The notes: a model not told the origin generated them from the sequence alone. 40,000 bases of DNA from Actinoplanes sp. DH11 (GCF_020873875.1 NZ_JAHWGU010000013.1:52955-92954), one strand, 5' to 3'. Positions 10,318 through 19,567 are shown, counted from the first letter of the stretch. Translations and numbers: made by a program.

Positions 10318-11337
10318 ATGGCCACTGAGACGGCGCGCGCAGCCGAGACGCGTACCGGCCATGAGCGCCGGCGTCTGGACGAAGGCATCGTGCGCAACCT
10401 GGGCCTGGTCGCCGTGCTGGTGATCCTCGTGATCATCGGGATCATCACCAGGCCGGAGCTGTACGGCGATGCGACGTGGGTGCGGAACAACGTCCTGACG
10501 ATCCTTCAGCAGGCGTCCGCGATCGGTGTGGTCACGGTCGGGATGACCTTCGTGATCATCGGTGGTGGCATCGACCTGTCGGTGGGGGCGATCATCGCGC
10601 TCGCCGCGGTCTGGTCGACCACTGTCGCGACGCAGGCCTTCGGTGCCGCCGGCATGATCTTCACGGCGCTGGTCGTCGGTGTCGGGGTGGGACTGGTCAA
10701 CGGGGTCCTCATCGCGTACGGAAAACTCGTCCCGTTCATCGCGACGCTTGCCATGCTGGTCGCCGCCCGCGGTCTCGCCGCGCAGATCTCCGGCAAGCAG
10801 ACCCAGATCTCCGAGAGCTCGGTGATCAACGGGATCGCCACCACCAAGATCCTCGGCATCCCGCTGCTTGTGATCATGTTGGGTCTCGTGGTGGCGGCGG
10901 GTTGGGTGCTGCTGAACCGCACGACGTTCGGCCGCCGCACGGTCGCGGTCGGCGGCAACCCGGAGGCCGCCCGGCTCGCCGGCATCAACGTGAAGCGGCA
11001 GACGCTGCTGCTCTACATGCTCTCCGGTCTCTGCTGCGGTATTGCCGCGATCATGCTGACCTCGCAGGCGACGAGCGCCCAGGCCGCGATGGCGAACCTG
11101 TACGAGCTCGACGCGATCGCCGCGGCCATCATCGGCGGCACGCTGCTCAGCGGCGGCCGGGGCACCATCATCGGCGCCCTCTTCGGGGTGCTGGTGTTCT
11201 CCACCATCACCAACCTGTTCGCCATCAACAACCTCTCCACCGAGGTCCAGAACATGGTCAAGGGCGGCATCATCGTCGCCGCCGTCTTGGTCCAGCAGTT
11301 CCGTTATCAATCGCTCACGCAACTGTTCAAACGATGA
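10318..11337 (+). CDS. sugar ABC transporter permease (RbsC/branched-chain type)
   Basis: About 10 hydrophobic segments, including the typical TFVIIGGGIDLSVGA block. ATG 10318 has GAGGGGA upstream. TTG 10300 is the alternative start. Confidence 0.9.
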   Translation: MATETARAAETRTGHERRRLDEGIVRNLGLVAVLVILVIIGIITRPELYGDATWVRNNVLTILQQASAIGVVTVGMTFVIIGGGIDLSVGAIIALAAVWSTTVATQAFGAAGMIFTALVVGVGVGLVNGVLIAYGKLVPFIATLAMLVAARGLAAQISGKQTQISESSVINGIATTKILGIPLLVIMLGLVVAAGWVLLNRTTFGRRTVAVGGNPEAARLAGINVKRQTLLLYMLSGLCCGIAAIMLTSQATSAQAAMANLYELDAIAAAIIGGTLLSGGRGTIIGALFGVLVFSTITNLFAINNLSTEVQNMVKGGIIVAAVLVQQFRYQSLTQLFKR

Positions 11338-11358
11338 ATTACCGAGACGGGAGCAATA

Positions 11359-12396
11359 ATGTCCGCATTGTCCCGTAGGCGCATTCTGTTCGGCGGCGCT
11401 GCCGTCGGCACCGGCGTCCTGCTCACCGCCTGCACCAGCAATGACACCGGAAATCAGGCCCAGGTCAACACGAACAGCGGCAACGAGAACGCCGCACCCG
11501 GCGACAAGGTGGTGATCGGCTTCACCGCTCCGGCAGCCGACCACGGCTGGATCGCCGCCATCACCAACAACGCCAAGGCCCAGGCCGGGCAGTACTCCGA
11601 CGTCGAACTCAAGGTCACCGAGGCCGGCTCGGACGCTGCCGCCCAGCGCGCGGCGATCTCCACGATGATCGCCGAGAAGCCCACGATCATCGTGATGCTG
11701 CCGCACGACGGCAAGGAGCTGAACGCGGCCGCCGAGGAGGCGATGCGCGCCGGCATCCCGGTCGTCAACCTGGACCGGGCGTTCCCGTCGCAGGACGCCT
11801 ACCGGCTCCAGATCAAGGGTGACAACTACGGCATGGGGCTGGCCGCCGGTTCGTACATCGGTGAACAGCTCAAGGCCAAGGGCGTCAGCAACCCGATCAT
11901 CGGGGAGATCCCCGGCATCGACTCGCTGGAGCTCACCCAGGAGCGCACGAAGGGCTTCAACGACGCGCTCGCCGTCTACGGCTTCAAGGTCACCAACCGC
12001 CGGCCCGCCGACTTCACCATCGACGGCGGCCAGAAGGCGGCGACCGACCTGCTCCAGGCGCTGCCGCGGATGGACGCGCTCTGGAACCACGACGACGACC
12101 AGGGCGTCGGTGTGCTCGCCGCGATCAAGCAGGCGAACCGCGACGAGTTCTTCATGGTCGGCGGCGCCGGCGCCAAGTCCGCGATCGACGCGATCACCGC
12201 GGACGACAGCGTGCTCAAGGCGACGGTCACCTACAGCCCGTCGATGGCCTCCTCGGCCATCTCACTGGCCCGGTTGATCGCTCAGGGCAAGGGCATGAGT
12301 GACCTGGTGGAACTGCAGGTTCCCAAGGAGATCACGCTCGCTTCCGAGACGATCACCAAGGAGAACGCCGCACAGTACGCCAAGCTCGGGTTCTAA
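11359..12396 (+). CDS. sugar ABC transporter substrate-binding lipoprotein
   Basis: 345 aa with a signal peptide plus lipobox (GVLLTAC). The periplasmic-binding-protein type I pattern is present (VVIGFTAPAADHGWI..., VVNLDR). Confidence 0.9.
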   Translation: MSALSRRRILFGGAAVGTGVLLTACTSNDTGNQAQVNTNSGNENAAPGDKVVIGFTAPAADHGWIAAITNNAKAQAGQYSDVELKVTEAGSDAAAQRAAISTMIAEKPTIIVMLPHDGKELNAAAEEAMRAGIPVVNLDRAFPSQDAYRLQIKGDNYGMGLAAGSYIGEQLKAKGVSNPIIGEIPGIDSLELTQERTKGFNDALAVYGFKVTNRRPADFTIDGGQKAATDLLQALPRMDALWNHDDDQGVGVLAAIKQANRDEFFMVGGAGAKSAIDAITADDSVLKATVTYSPSMASSAISLARLIAQGKGMSDLVELQVPKEITLASETITKENAAQYAKLGF

Positions 12397-12407
12397 GAGG
12401 GGGCAAC

Positions 12408-13592
12408 ATGTCGCAGGACCTGCGAGTCGGCATGGTCGGCTACGCGTTCATGGGGGCCGCGCACTCGCAGGCCTGGCGTACCGTCAACCACGCGTTCGAC
12501 CTGCCGTTGCGCGCGCGGATGTCGATGGTGTGCGGCCGCTCCGCCGACCAGGTGGCCCAGGCCGCCGAGCGGCTGGGCTGGGCCGGTCACACCACCGACT
12601 GGCGGGCGCTGGTGGAGAGCGACGAGATCGATCTGATCGACATCTGCACGCCGGGGGACACGCACGCCGAGATCGCGCTTGCCGCGCTTGCCGCCGGCAA
12701 GCACGTCCTCTGCGAGAAACCCCTGGCCAACTCGGTGGCTGAGGCGCGGGAGATGGCTGCGGCCGCCGCCCACGCCCAGACCCGGGGTGTACGGGCGATG
12801 TGCGCCTACAACTACCGGCGGGTGCCCGCTGTCGCGCTGATGCGGGACATGGTGGCCGCCGGCCGGATCGGCGCCGTCCGGCACGTCCGCGCGCAGTACC
12901 TCCAGGACTGGATCGTCGACCCGGAGTTCCCGCTGGTGTGGCGACTGCGCCGGGAGATCGCCGGGTCGGGGGCGCTGGGTGACATCGGCGCGCACATCGT
13001 CGACCTGACCCAGTTCGTCACCGGCCAGTCGATCAGTTCGGTGTCGGCGCTGACCGAGACGTTCGTGCGCAAGCGCCCGCTGCCGTCGGCGTCGGCCGGC
13101 CTGGCCGCGTCCGCGAACGGGACGGTGCTCGGCGACGTGACGGTCGACGACGCCGCCCTGTTCCTGGCCCGGCTGGACGGGGGAGCGGTCGCCACGTACG
13201 AGGCGACCCGGTTCGCGACCGGCCGCAAGAACGCGTTGCGGGTCGAGCTCAACGGCGCGCTCGGCTCGCTCGCTTTCGACTTCGAGCGGATGAACGAGCT
13301 GGAGTTCTACGACGCCACCCGGCCGGCCGCCGAACAGGGCTTCAGCCGGATCCTGGTGACCGAGCCCGAGCATCCCTACATGGGTGCGTGGTGGCCGCCG
13401 GGTCACGGCATCGGGTACGAGCACTCCTTCACCCACGAGGTCCGTGACCTGATCGAGGACATCGCGACCGGCCGGGAGCCGGCGCCCTCGTTCGCCGACG
13501 CGCTGCGCGTGCAGCTCGTCCTGGACGCGGTCGAACGGTCCGCCGCGGCGGGCACCTGGGCCGACGTGGAGTCGGTCCTGGCGCCGGCTTGA
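12408..13592 (+). CDS. Gfo/Idh/MocA family oxidoreductase
   Basis: 394 aa. N-terminal Rossmann motif VGMVGYAFMGAAH, plus the EKP motif (HVLCEKPLA). RBS AGAGGGGG upstream. Confidence 0.9.
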   Translation: MSQDLRVGMVGYAFMGAAHSQAWRTVNHAFDLPLRARMSMVCGRSADQVAQAAERLGWAGHTTDWRALVESDEIDLIDICTPGDTHAEIALAALAAGKHVLCEKPLANSVAEAREMAAAAAHAQTRGVRAMCAYNYRRVPAVALMRDMVAAGRIGAVRHVRAQYLQDWIVDPEFPLVWRLRREIAGSGALGDIGAHIVDLTQFVTGQSISSVSALTETFVRKRPLPSASAGLAASANGTVLGDVTVDDAALFLARLDGGAVATYEATRFATGRKNALRVELNGALGSLAFDFERMNELEFYDATRPAAEQGFSRILVTEPEHPYMGAWWPPGHGIGYEHSFTHEVRDLIEDIATGREPAPSFADALRVQLVLDAVERSAAAGTWADVESVLAPA

Positions 13593-14258
13593 GCGGGACC
13601 GGCGGTTTTCGCCGGCCGGCTTGAGCCCGGCCGGCGGTTTCCGGGCCGGCCTCGGGCCGGACCCGGTCTTCGGACGGGCCGGATTGCGAAATTTTCCGGT
13701 TCGAGCCGGACAGCGACATCGATGTGCCGGTTCGGGTCTGCCCTGCCGGGAGCGTCCCGCCGGGGTCGGCGAGGGACGGCGTGGTTGCGCCCCACGCCGG
13801 TCGGCCGCGGCGGGTGAGTGCGGATGCACGGGGTGACCCGTGCATCCGTACCGGCGTGCCGAGGCACGTGGCGAACGCACGGGCAGGCGCCCAGTGCATG
13901 TCCGTTTGTGCACAGTCTGAACACTACGACTGTCCGACTTCGCCCTTCCCGGTGCTGATTGCGAAACCTACTCGCTGGTCACCCCCGCCATAATCATTGG
14001 CGTCAGTCAATTGCACAGGCCGCTTCAGATCATGTTGCCGCCGCTCAGCATGTCGCACGGCGGGTGCGCCGGTGATCCGTCATGCGACGCAGTCTCGTAT
14101 CCGAGGACATGCATTCCACGGATGGAGGCGGCGATGACAGACCTGCGGCACGGCAGTGGTCGATCCGAGGCAGGTCTCCGGATGGTCCATACTGGAGGCG
14201 TTAGCACGAGCGGATGCACGTGCACCTGCACGGGAAAGCTCGTCCGGGGAGGAAATTG

Positions 14259-15149
14259 ATGCGGCTGCGCCATCCCTCCGGCCGGACCGTGCACCTCAGC
14301 TGCGGTGTCAGCCTAGTCGACGCGGAAACGCCGTCGGCCGGGCTGGAACGGCTCGAGGCGGCCGCCGCCGACCTGCGTTCCCACTGCGGCACCGGCGTCC
14401 TCGGCGTGGCGCTGCGACTGCCGTACCCGCTCGCCGCCGCCCTCGCCGACGACGGGCGCGCCCGCACCCGGCTGCGTGCCGAACTCGACGCCAGAAGGCT
14501 TGAGGTCGTCACGCTGAGCGGAGTGCCCGACGCCGAGGGCGGCGGCGACGAGAACCCGGCCGACTGGAGCGAAATCTCCCGGGTCCGCCACACGCTCGCC
14601 CTGGCCCGGATCCTGGTCGACCTGCTGCCCGCCGAGGAGGTCCGCGGCGCGATCGCGACCTGCGGGCTGGGCCGGGCCGACACCTGGCCCGAGGAACGGC
14701 AGAAAGCCGCCGCCCGCCACCTGTCCCGGCTCTCCGGCGGCCTCGCCGACCTCGCCTGGCGGGTCGGCCGGGCGGTCCGGTGCGGGTTCCAGCCCGGCCC
14801 CGGCCGGGTGCTGGACAGCCCGGACCAGATCGTCACCGCACTCACCCGGGTCGACAAGGACCGCCTCGGCATCTGCCTCGACCTCGCCACCGTGGTGCGC
14901 GACTGGCCGGAGCCGGCGGAGGGCATCGACCGGCTCACCGACGCGGGTCTCTCCGTCATCACCGCCCGGATCACCGACCCCGCGTCCGGCTGGCAGCCCG
15001 TCCTGCGTCACCTGCTGGCCGCCGACACCGCCCGCACCGAGTACGTGGACGTCGACACCCCCGGCGGTGCGGCCGACCTGCCGTACATCCTGCGGGAGCT
15101 GACCGCCCTCGGCCTCGCGCCGGAACACCAGCCCTGCACCGCGCCCTGA
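14259..15149 (+). CDS. xylose-isomerase-like TIM-barrel protein, EboE-like (diverged)
   Basis: ATG 14259 is preceded by GGGGAGGAA, and GC3 is strongly biased. The blocks MRLRHPSGRTVHL, LRAELDARRLEVVTLSG and DRLGICLD recall the EboE family as I remember it. The track ORF starts at 14214. Confidence 0.5.
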   Translation: MRLRHPSGRTVHLSCGVSLVDAETPSAGLERLEAAAADLRSHCGTGVLGVALRLPYPLAAALADDGRARTRLRAELDARRLEVVTLSGVPDAEGGGDENPADWSEISRVRHTLALARILVDLLPAEEVRGAIATCGLGRADTWPEERQKAAARHLSRLSGGLADLAWRVGRAVRCGFQPGPGRVLDSPDQIVTALTRVDKDRLGICLDLATVVRDWPEPAEGIDRLTDAGLSVITARITDPASGWQPVLRHLLAADTARTEYVDVDTPGGAADLPYILRELTALGLAPEHQPCTAP

Positions 15150-15335
15150 TCGCGATCTCGGTCTTTCGCGGGCCGCTCGCCCCGCCGTAGAGTCCACGTG
15201 GGGCCGTCGCCGCGACGTGCGGGCCCGGCGGGAGGCGCAAACCCGCCGGCCACATCCCGCCTCGCCCGGCGTGGTGCCGCCCCCGGGGCCGGTTCTCCCT
15301 CACCGGCCCGCCACCGCAGCAACGAGGGAGGGACC

Positions 15336-16340
15336 ATGGCACGACCCATCACGCTCTTCACCGGTCAGTGGGCCGACCTGCCGTTCGAGGAGGTCTGCCG
15401 GCTCGCGTCGGAGTGGGGTTACGACGGGCTGGAGATCGCCTGCTGGGGCGACCACTTCGAGGTCGACCGCGCGCTCAACGAGGACGGATATCTCGACCGC
15501 AAGCACGAGCAACTCGCCAAGCACAACCTGAAGTGCTGGACGATCTCCAACCATCTGGTCGGGCAGGCGGTCTGCGACCATCCGATCGACGAGCGGCACC
15601 AGGACATCGTGCCGGCGGACATCTGGGGCGACGGCGACCCCGAAGGCGTACGGCAGCGCGCGGCCGAGCGGATGAAGGACACCGCTCGGGCGGCGGCACG
15701 CTTCGGCGTGAACACGGTCGTCGGCTTCACCGGCTCGTCCATCTGGCACACCGTGGCGATGTTCCCGCCGGTGCCGGCCTCGATGATCGAGCGGGGTTAC
15801 GCGGACTTCGCCGACCGGTGGAACCCGATCCTCGACGTCTTCGACGAGGTCGGCGTCCGGTTCGCGCACGAGGTGCACCCCAGCGAGATCGCGTACGACT
15901 ACTGGACCACCCGGCAGGCGCTGGAGGCGATCGGCAACCGGCCGGCGTTCGGGCTCAACTGGGACCCGTCACACTTCGTCTGGCAGGACCTGGACCCGGT
16001 GAACTTCATCCTCGAGTTCCGGGACCGGATCTACCACGTGGACTGCAAGGACGCGAAGGTCCGCACCGGTGACGGGCGGCGCGGGCGGCTCAGCTCGCAC
16101 CTGCCCTGGGCCGACCTGCGGCGCGGATGGGACTTCGTCTCCACCGGGCACGGCGACGTGCCCTGGGAGGACTGCTTCCGCGCGCTGAACAGCATCGGGT
16201 ACGACGGTCCGCTCTCGATCGAGTGGGAGGACGCCGGGATGGACCGGCTGGTCGGCGCCCCCGAGGCGCTGAAGTTCGTGCGAGGGCTGGCCTTCGACGC
16301 GCCGTCGGCCGCGTTCGACGCCGCCTTCTCCACCCGCTGA
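15336..16340 (+). CDS. sugar phosphate isomerase/epimerase (xylose isomerase-like TIM barrel)
   Basis: ATG 15336 has GAGGGAGG upstream. The product is [43 protein letters not shown]... . The track ORF (15198) adds an Arg/Pro-rich, non-protein-like extension. Confidence 0.85.
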   Translation: MARPITLFTGQWADLPFEEVCRLASEWGYDGLEIACWGDHFEVDRALNEDGYLDRKHEQLAKHNLKCWTISNHLVGQAVCDHPIDERHQDIVPADIWGDGDPEGVRQRAAERMKDTARAAARFGVNTVVGFTGSSIWHTVAMFPPVPASMIERGYADFADRWNPILDVFDEVGVRFAHEVHPSEIAYDYWTTRQALEAIGNRPAFGLNWDPSHFVWQDLDPVNFILEFRDRIYHVDCKDAKVRTGDGRRGRLSSHLPWADLRRGWDFVSTGHGDVPWEDCFRALNSIGYDGPLSIEWEDAGMDRLVGAPEALKFVRGLAFDAPSAAFDAAFSTR

Positions 16341-16377
16341 CCCTTCTTACGGGCCCTTCGCCGGGCTGACCGGAGAC

Positions 16378-16420
16378 GTCGCAGGGCCGCCCCACGCCAG
16401 GTGTGGGGCGGCCCTGCGAC
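16378..16420. terminator. bidirectional stem-loop between convergent genes
   Basis: An 18-bp perfect stem, GTCGCAGGGCCGCCCCAC (16378-16395) paired with GTGGGGCGGCCCTGCGAC (16403-16420), with a 7-nt loop. Confidence 0.75.
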
Positions 16421-16429
16421 GAACCGGAA

Positions 16430-16777
16430 TCAGTACGTGGTGCCCGTGCTGCCGGTGCTGGTGCTGGTGCTGCTCTTCGAGCCGGCGAGCGAGTCGCTGG
16501 GCGCGAGCAGCTCGTCCGTGGTGTCCGTGCTGGACGTGGTGCCGGTCGTGCCGGTGTTCAGCTTCTCACCGAGCTTGGACGACTGGATCTTGTCCTTGCC
16601 CTCGGTGTAGAGCTTGTTGGCCTGCGCCTGGGCGACGCCGGCGGCCTCCTGGACCGTGGGGTTCTCCCAGATCTTCTGGGCGTTGGCCCGGATCTCCTCG
16701 TACTTCTCCCGGCCGGCACGGCTGCCCAGGACGAAGCCCGCGCCGAGACCGGTGAGGAACAACAGCTTTCCGCGCAT
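16430..16777 (-). CDS. YtxH-domain-like small protein with Thr/Ser-rich tail
   Basis: ATG 16777 has GGAAGGAG upstream. The product MRGKLLFLTGLGAGFVLGSRAGREKYEEI... has one N-terminal hydrophobic helix and a C-terminal low-complexity T/S/G tail. Confidence 0.75.
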   Translation of the reverse strand: MRGKLLFLTGLGAGFVLGSRAGREKYEEIRANAQKIWENPTVQEAAGVAQAQANKLYTEGKDKIQSSKLGEKLNTGTTGTTSSTDTTDELLAPSDSLAGSKSSTSTSTGSTGTTY

Positions 16778-16983
16778 GGTGGCGGCTCCTTCCGTTGATG
16801 ACGCCCGTGCGTCTGCCGGGGTGCATACCCATCCTGTCGGGGCGATACTCCCGTTCTCCGGGTTTCTCGGATGTCGGACCGACACCCACCCGTCGGTGGG
16901 TATCCCCGTTGCTGAGTACCCCGGATGGTCATGTAGTCTGTTCTCCGTCGCCAGGGAAACCGGGCGGTGCAGGAACTGAGCAG

Positions 16984-17059
16984 TCCCCGATAGCTCAATT
17001 GGCAGAGCAGCCGGCTGTTAACCGGCAGGTTATTGGTTCGAGTCCAATTCGGGGAGCCA
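16984..17059 (+). tRNA. tRNA-Asn (anticodon GTT), CCA encoded
   Basis: Cloverleaf folded by hand. Acceptor TCCCCGA/TCGGGGA, D arm GCTC..GAGC, anticodon stem GCCGG/CCGGC with loop CTGTTAA, T arm ATTGG-TTCGAGT-CCAAT. Confidence 0.95.
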
Positions 17060-17064
17060 AACAC

Positions 17065-17091
17065 AACCCCAGGCCACGTGCCTGGGGTTTT
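17065..17091 (+). terminator. intrinsic terminator after tRNA-Asn
   Basis: A 10-bp stem, AACCCCAGGC/GCCTGGGGTT, with a 5-nt loop, running into a TTTT tract. Confidence 0.7.
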
Positions 17092-17151
17092 CTGCTGTCC
17101 GGGGTCTTCGGCTGTCCGTCTTCGGCTGTCCGGGTCTTCTGCTGTCCGGGG
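17089..17151. repeat. four tandem degenerate copies of TCTTC(G/T)GCTGTCCG(GG)
   Basis: The GCTGTCCG cores start at 17094, 17111, 17125 and 17141, immediately 3' of the tRNA-Asn terminator. Confidence 0.6.
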
Positions 17152-17417
17152 CCGGCCGGGTCGATCGCGGTGTCGTGTGTCCGACAGGCCTGTGGGGGCG
17201 GGACGGCGATCGCCCTCCTCCGGGCCATGGGGTACGGGTCGCCCGTACTCCCGTTTGATCTTCGGGCTTGCCCTCGCCCTGGTTCGTCGCCCCTGCCGGC
17301 CTGCGCCTTCCTGAGCTTGCGCCGTCCCGGGCCTGCGCCTCCGCTGGCTTTCGCCTCCCCGGCCGGGCGTGCCCGGTTACGCTGAGTTCCGTCTTGAATG
17401 CAGCATGTGAGGTGGTT

Positions 17418-18689
17418 ATGTCGCAGCCGGTAGAGGTGGACGTCGTCATCGTCGGCGGCGGGCTCGCCGGGCTGGCGGCTGCCCGCAGACTCGACCGTGC
17501 CGGCGTGGAATGGCTGCTCGTGGAGGCCTCCGACCGCATCGGCGGGCGCGTCGCCACCGACGTGATCAACGGCTGGCACCTGGACCGCGGCTTCCAGACG
17601 ATCAACACCGCCTACCCGCGGCTCGCCGCGCTCGTCGACGTGGACGCGCTGGACATGCGGTACTTCACATCCGGCGTGCTGGTGCGCCGCTGCGGCAACC
17701 TGCACCGGCTGGAAAACCCGCTGCGCCAGCCCCTCACCACCCCGCAGACGCTGCTCTCCGGCGCCGGCACCTTCGCCGACCGGCTCAAGTTCGCCGCCCT
17801 CGCCACCCGGTGCGCCACCCTGCCCGTCGGCAAGCTCCTCGACATGCCGGAAACCACCACCCAGGAGATGCTGCGGCGCGCCGGCCTCTCCCACCGGATG
17901 ATCGAGGAGGTGCTGCGGCCGTTCTTCTCCGGCGTGTTCGCCGACCGCTCCCTCGACACCTCCAGCCACGTCGCCGCGATGGTGTTGCGCTCCTTCACCC
18001 GAGGCCGGATCGGGGTACCCGCCGCCGGGATGGCCGCCCTGCCCGCCGCCATCGCCGGCCCGCTGCCCTTCCCGCAACTCCTGATCGGCGCGCGCACCCT
18101 CTCCATCGGACCCGGCCTCGTCGTCACCGAAGGCGGCGAAATCCACTGCCGGGCCGTCATCGTCGCCACCGACCCCGTCTCCGCGGCCGAACTGCTGCCG
18201 AACCGCCTGCCGCGACCCGACGTGCACGGGATCACCACGTTCTACTTCGGCGCGCCGCAAGCACCCATCGACGAGCCGATCATTCTTCTCGACGGCGACC
18301 GGCGCGAAATCATCGCGAACACGGTGGTGATGAGCAACGCGGCCCCCGAGTACGCGCCCGGCGGCATGAGCCTCATCGCAGCCAACGTCGTCGGCGTCTC
18401 CGCACCCTCGCCCGCCTCGGAGACGGTGATCCGGGTGGAGTTGTCCCGCATCTACGGCGCACCCACCGACGACTGGGAGATGCTCGAAGTCATCAGCATG
18501 CCGCACGCCCTGCCCGCCGCCCGCACCCCACAGAGCCGCCTGCGCAAACCGGTAGCCCTCGGCGACGGCCTCTTCGTCGCAGGTGATCATCGCGACAGTC
18601 CCTCCAGCCAAGGCGCCCTCGCCGGCGGCTGGCGCACGGCCGGCGCGGTCCTCGCCTCCCTCGGCGCTCGAACGGGGGTGACATCATGA
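17418..18689 (+). CDS. NAD(P)/FAD-dependent oxidoreductase (amine-oxidase / phytoene-desaturase-like fold)
   Basis: ATG 17418 has GAGGTGG upstream. It has the dinucleotide-binding motif DVVIVGGGLAGLAAARRL followed by EASDRIGGR. The track ORF (17268) has an implausible extension. Confidence 0.85.
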   Translation: MSQPVEVDVVIVGGGLAGLAAARRLDRAGVEWLLVEASDRIGGRVATDVINGWHLDRGFQTINTAYPRLAALVDVDALDMRYFTSGVLVRRCGNLHRLENPLRQPLTTPQTLLSGAGTFADRLKFAALATRCATLPVGKLLDMPETTTQEMLRRAGLSHRMIEEVLRPFFSGVFADRSLDTSSHVAAMVLRSFTRGRIGVPAAGMAALPAAIAGPLPFPQLLIGARTLSIGPGLVVTEGGEIHCRAVIVATDPVSAAELLPNRLPRPDVHGITTFYFGAPQAPIDEPIILLDGDRREIIANTVVMSNAAPEYAPGGMSLIAANVVGVSAPSPASETVIRVELSRIYGAPTDDWEMLEVISMPHALPAARTPQSRLRKPVALGDGLFVAGDHRDSPSSQGALAGGWRTAGAVLASLGARTGVTS

Positions 18690-18856
18690 GCGACTTCAAC
18701 CCGGAAAATTACGCCGAATTCACCACACAGGACGGCCCCGAAGAGCCGAGCGTGGGCGACGACGACCAACCACGCATAGAAGACCTGCAACCCCCGGACA
18801 TGGTCGTCGACCCGGCCCGCCAGATCATTCTCCTGCCGAAATCCCTGGTGCGCTGA
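18686..18856 (+). CDS. possible small acidic protein (56 aa), unannotated in the ORF track
   Basis: The ATG overlaps the oxidoreductase stop (ATGA). Product: MSDFNPENYAEFTTQDGPEEPSVGDDDQPRIEDLQPPDMVVDPARQIILLPKSLVR. GC3 is moderately high. I recognise no homology. Confidence 0.35.
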   Translation: MSDFNPENYAEFTTQDGPEEPSVGDDDQPRIEDLQPPDMVVDPARQIILLPKSLVR

Positions 18857-18906
18857 TAGATCGCTAGTCTTCCGAGCCGGGCACGGGATAGGATCGCCGC
18901 CGGTAA

Positions 18907-18980
18907 GGGGCGGTAGCTCAGTGGGTTAGAGCAGGGGACTCATAATCCCTCGGTCGCGGGTTCGAGTCCCGCCCGCCCCA
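18907..18980 (+). tRNA. tRNA-Met (anticodon CAT; elongator type, tRNA-Ile2/lysidine not excluded), no encoded CCA
   Basis: Acceptor GGGGCGG/CCGCCCC, D arm GCTC..GAGC, anticodon stem GGGGA/TCCCT with loop CTCATAA, T arm GCGGG-TTCGAGT-CCCGC. The paired 1:72 position argues against an initiator tRNA. Confidence 0.93.
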
Positions 18981-19282
18981 CTCTTGTCTGCCTGGGGGCG
19001 ACCCCCAGACCCCGCGGTGCGGTGGTCGCGCTTCGCGGGTCGGTTCGGTGGGCGGCCGCCATGTGGCGTGGGTGGCCTCTTCCTTTGGGCCGGTCCACCG
19101 TGACAGTGTCCCGAAGGGCACGTACTTCGGCCTGTCACTGCGACGACGTCCAGCATTACGTCAACGTGCTGCCTGCGGCGTTCTGACGCTGCGTTTCGCA
19201 CCTAGTGCGGCAGCCGCCGTTCGTGAGGTGACCTCGGATCCCGCGGGAACGAGGACGGCCACGGCATGATCGTCTGTGCGTT

Positions 19283-19513
19283 GTGGACACAACATCAGAC
19301 CTTGCGGTGGCCCAGGGCCACAGCGTAGAGCCTGCCCAGTGGCGACGAACCATCGACCTGGTGGTCGAGTCGTTCGCCGGCCGGTTCTGCCGGGTCGAGC
19401 CTCGCCGGTCGGCCGCTGGGTTCGTCACCGGCCTGCTCGCCGACCTTCAGATCAAGACCTGCGGCGGGGATGAGCTGCGAGAACAGGCTCCGGGTGGTGG
19501 ACGCGGCCGGTGA
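19283..19513 (+). pseudogene. IS701-family transposase N-terminal remnant
   Basis: The stretch ...FAGRFCRVEPRRSAAGFVTGLLADLQIKTC... follows the F.R.E.R....Y..GLL....(R)K(N) pattern of IS701-like transposase N-termini. Similarity is lost after about 65 aa, where the IS256 remnant begins. Confidence 0.5.
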
Positions 19514-19567
19514 TGCGCTGACCGTCGACTCCGGGCGGGAAAACGGTGTGACTCGATTTGTTGAAGG

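Noticed and set aside
8419-12090. 1223-aa ORF on the minus strand spanning the whole sugar ABC operon
   Set aside because: It is antisense to four well-supported plus-strand genes with clear ABC motifs. Its translation is Arg/Gly/Asp/Pro/His-rich with no motif. Long stop-free antisense frames are expected at this GC content.
12393-13913. 506-aa minus-strand ORF, and similar long antisense or alternate-frame ORFs (7343-8389, 16995-18611, 14313-15197, 30161-31240, 34302-35648, 37106-37930, 1021-1932)
   Set aside because: Each lies opposite to, or out of frame with, a gene that has recognisable family motifs and GC3 bias. These are high-GC shadow ORFs.
16558-17064. ORFs antisense to the tRNA genes (16558-17064; 18918-19121 and 18926-19201)
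   Set aside because: Their translations contain the tell-tale antisense-tRNA peptides (…NWTRTNNL…, …GGRDSNPRPRDYESPAL…). They overlap hand-folded tRNAs.
18981-19282. Search for an integrase or a tRNA-Met 3'-end direct repeat (att site) after the tRNA
   Set aside because: No recombinase-like ORF and no second copy of the tRNA 3' end is visible inside the window. Only short hairpins are present (CTGGGGG-cga-CCCCCAG at 18991-19007; GTGACAG...CTGTCAC at 19100-19138), and they are not diagnostic.
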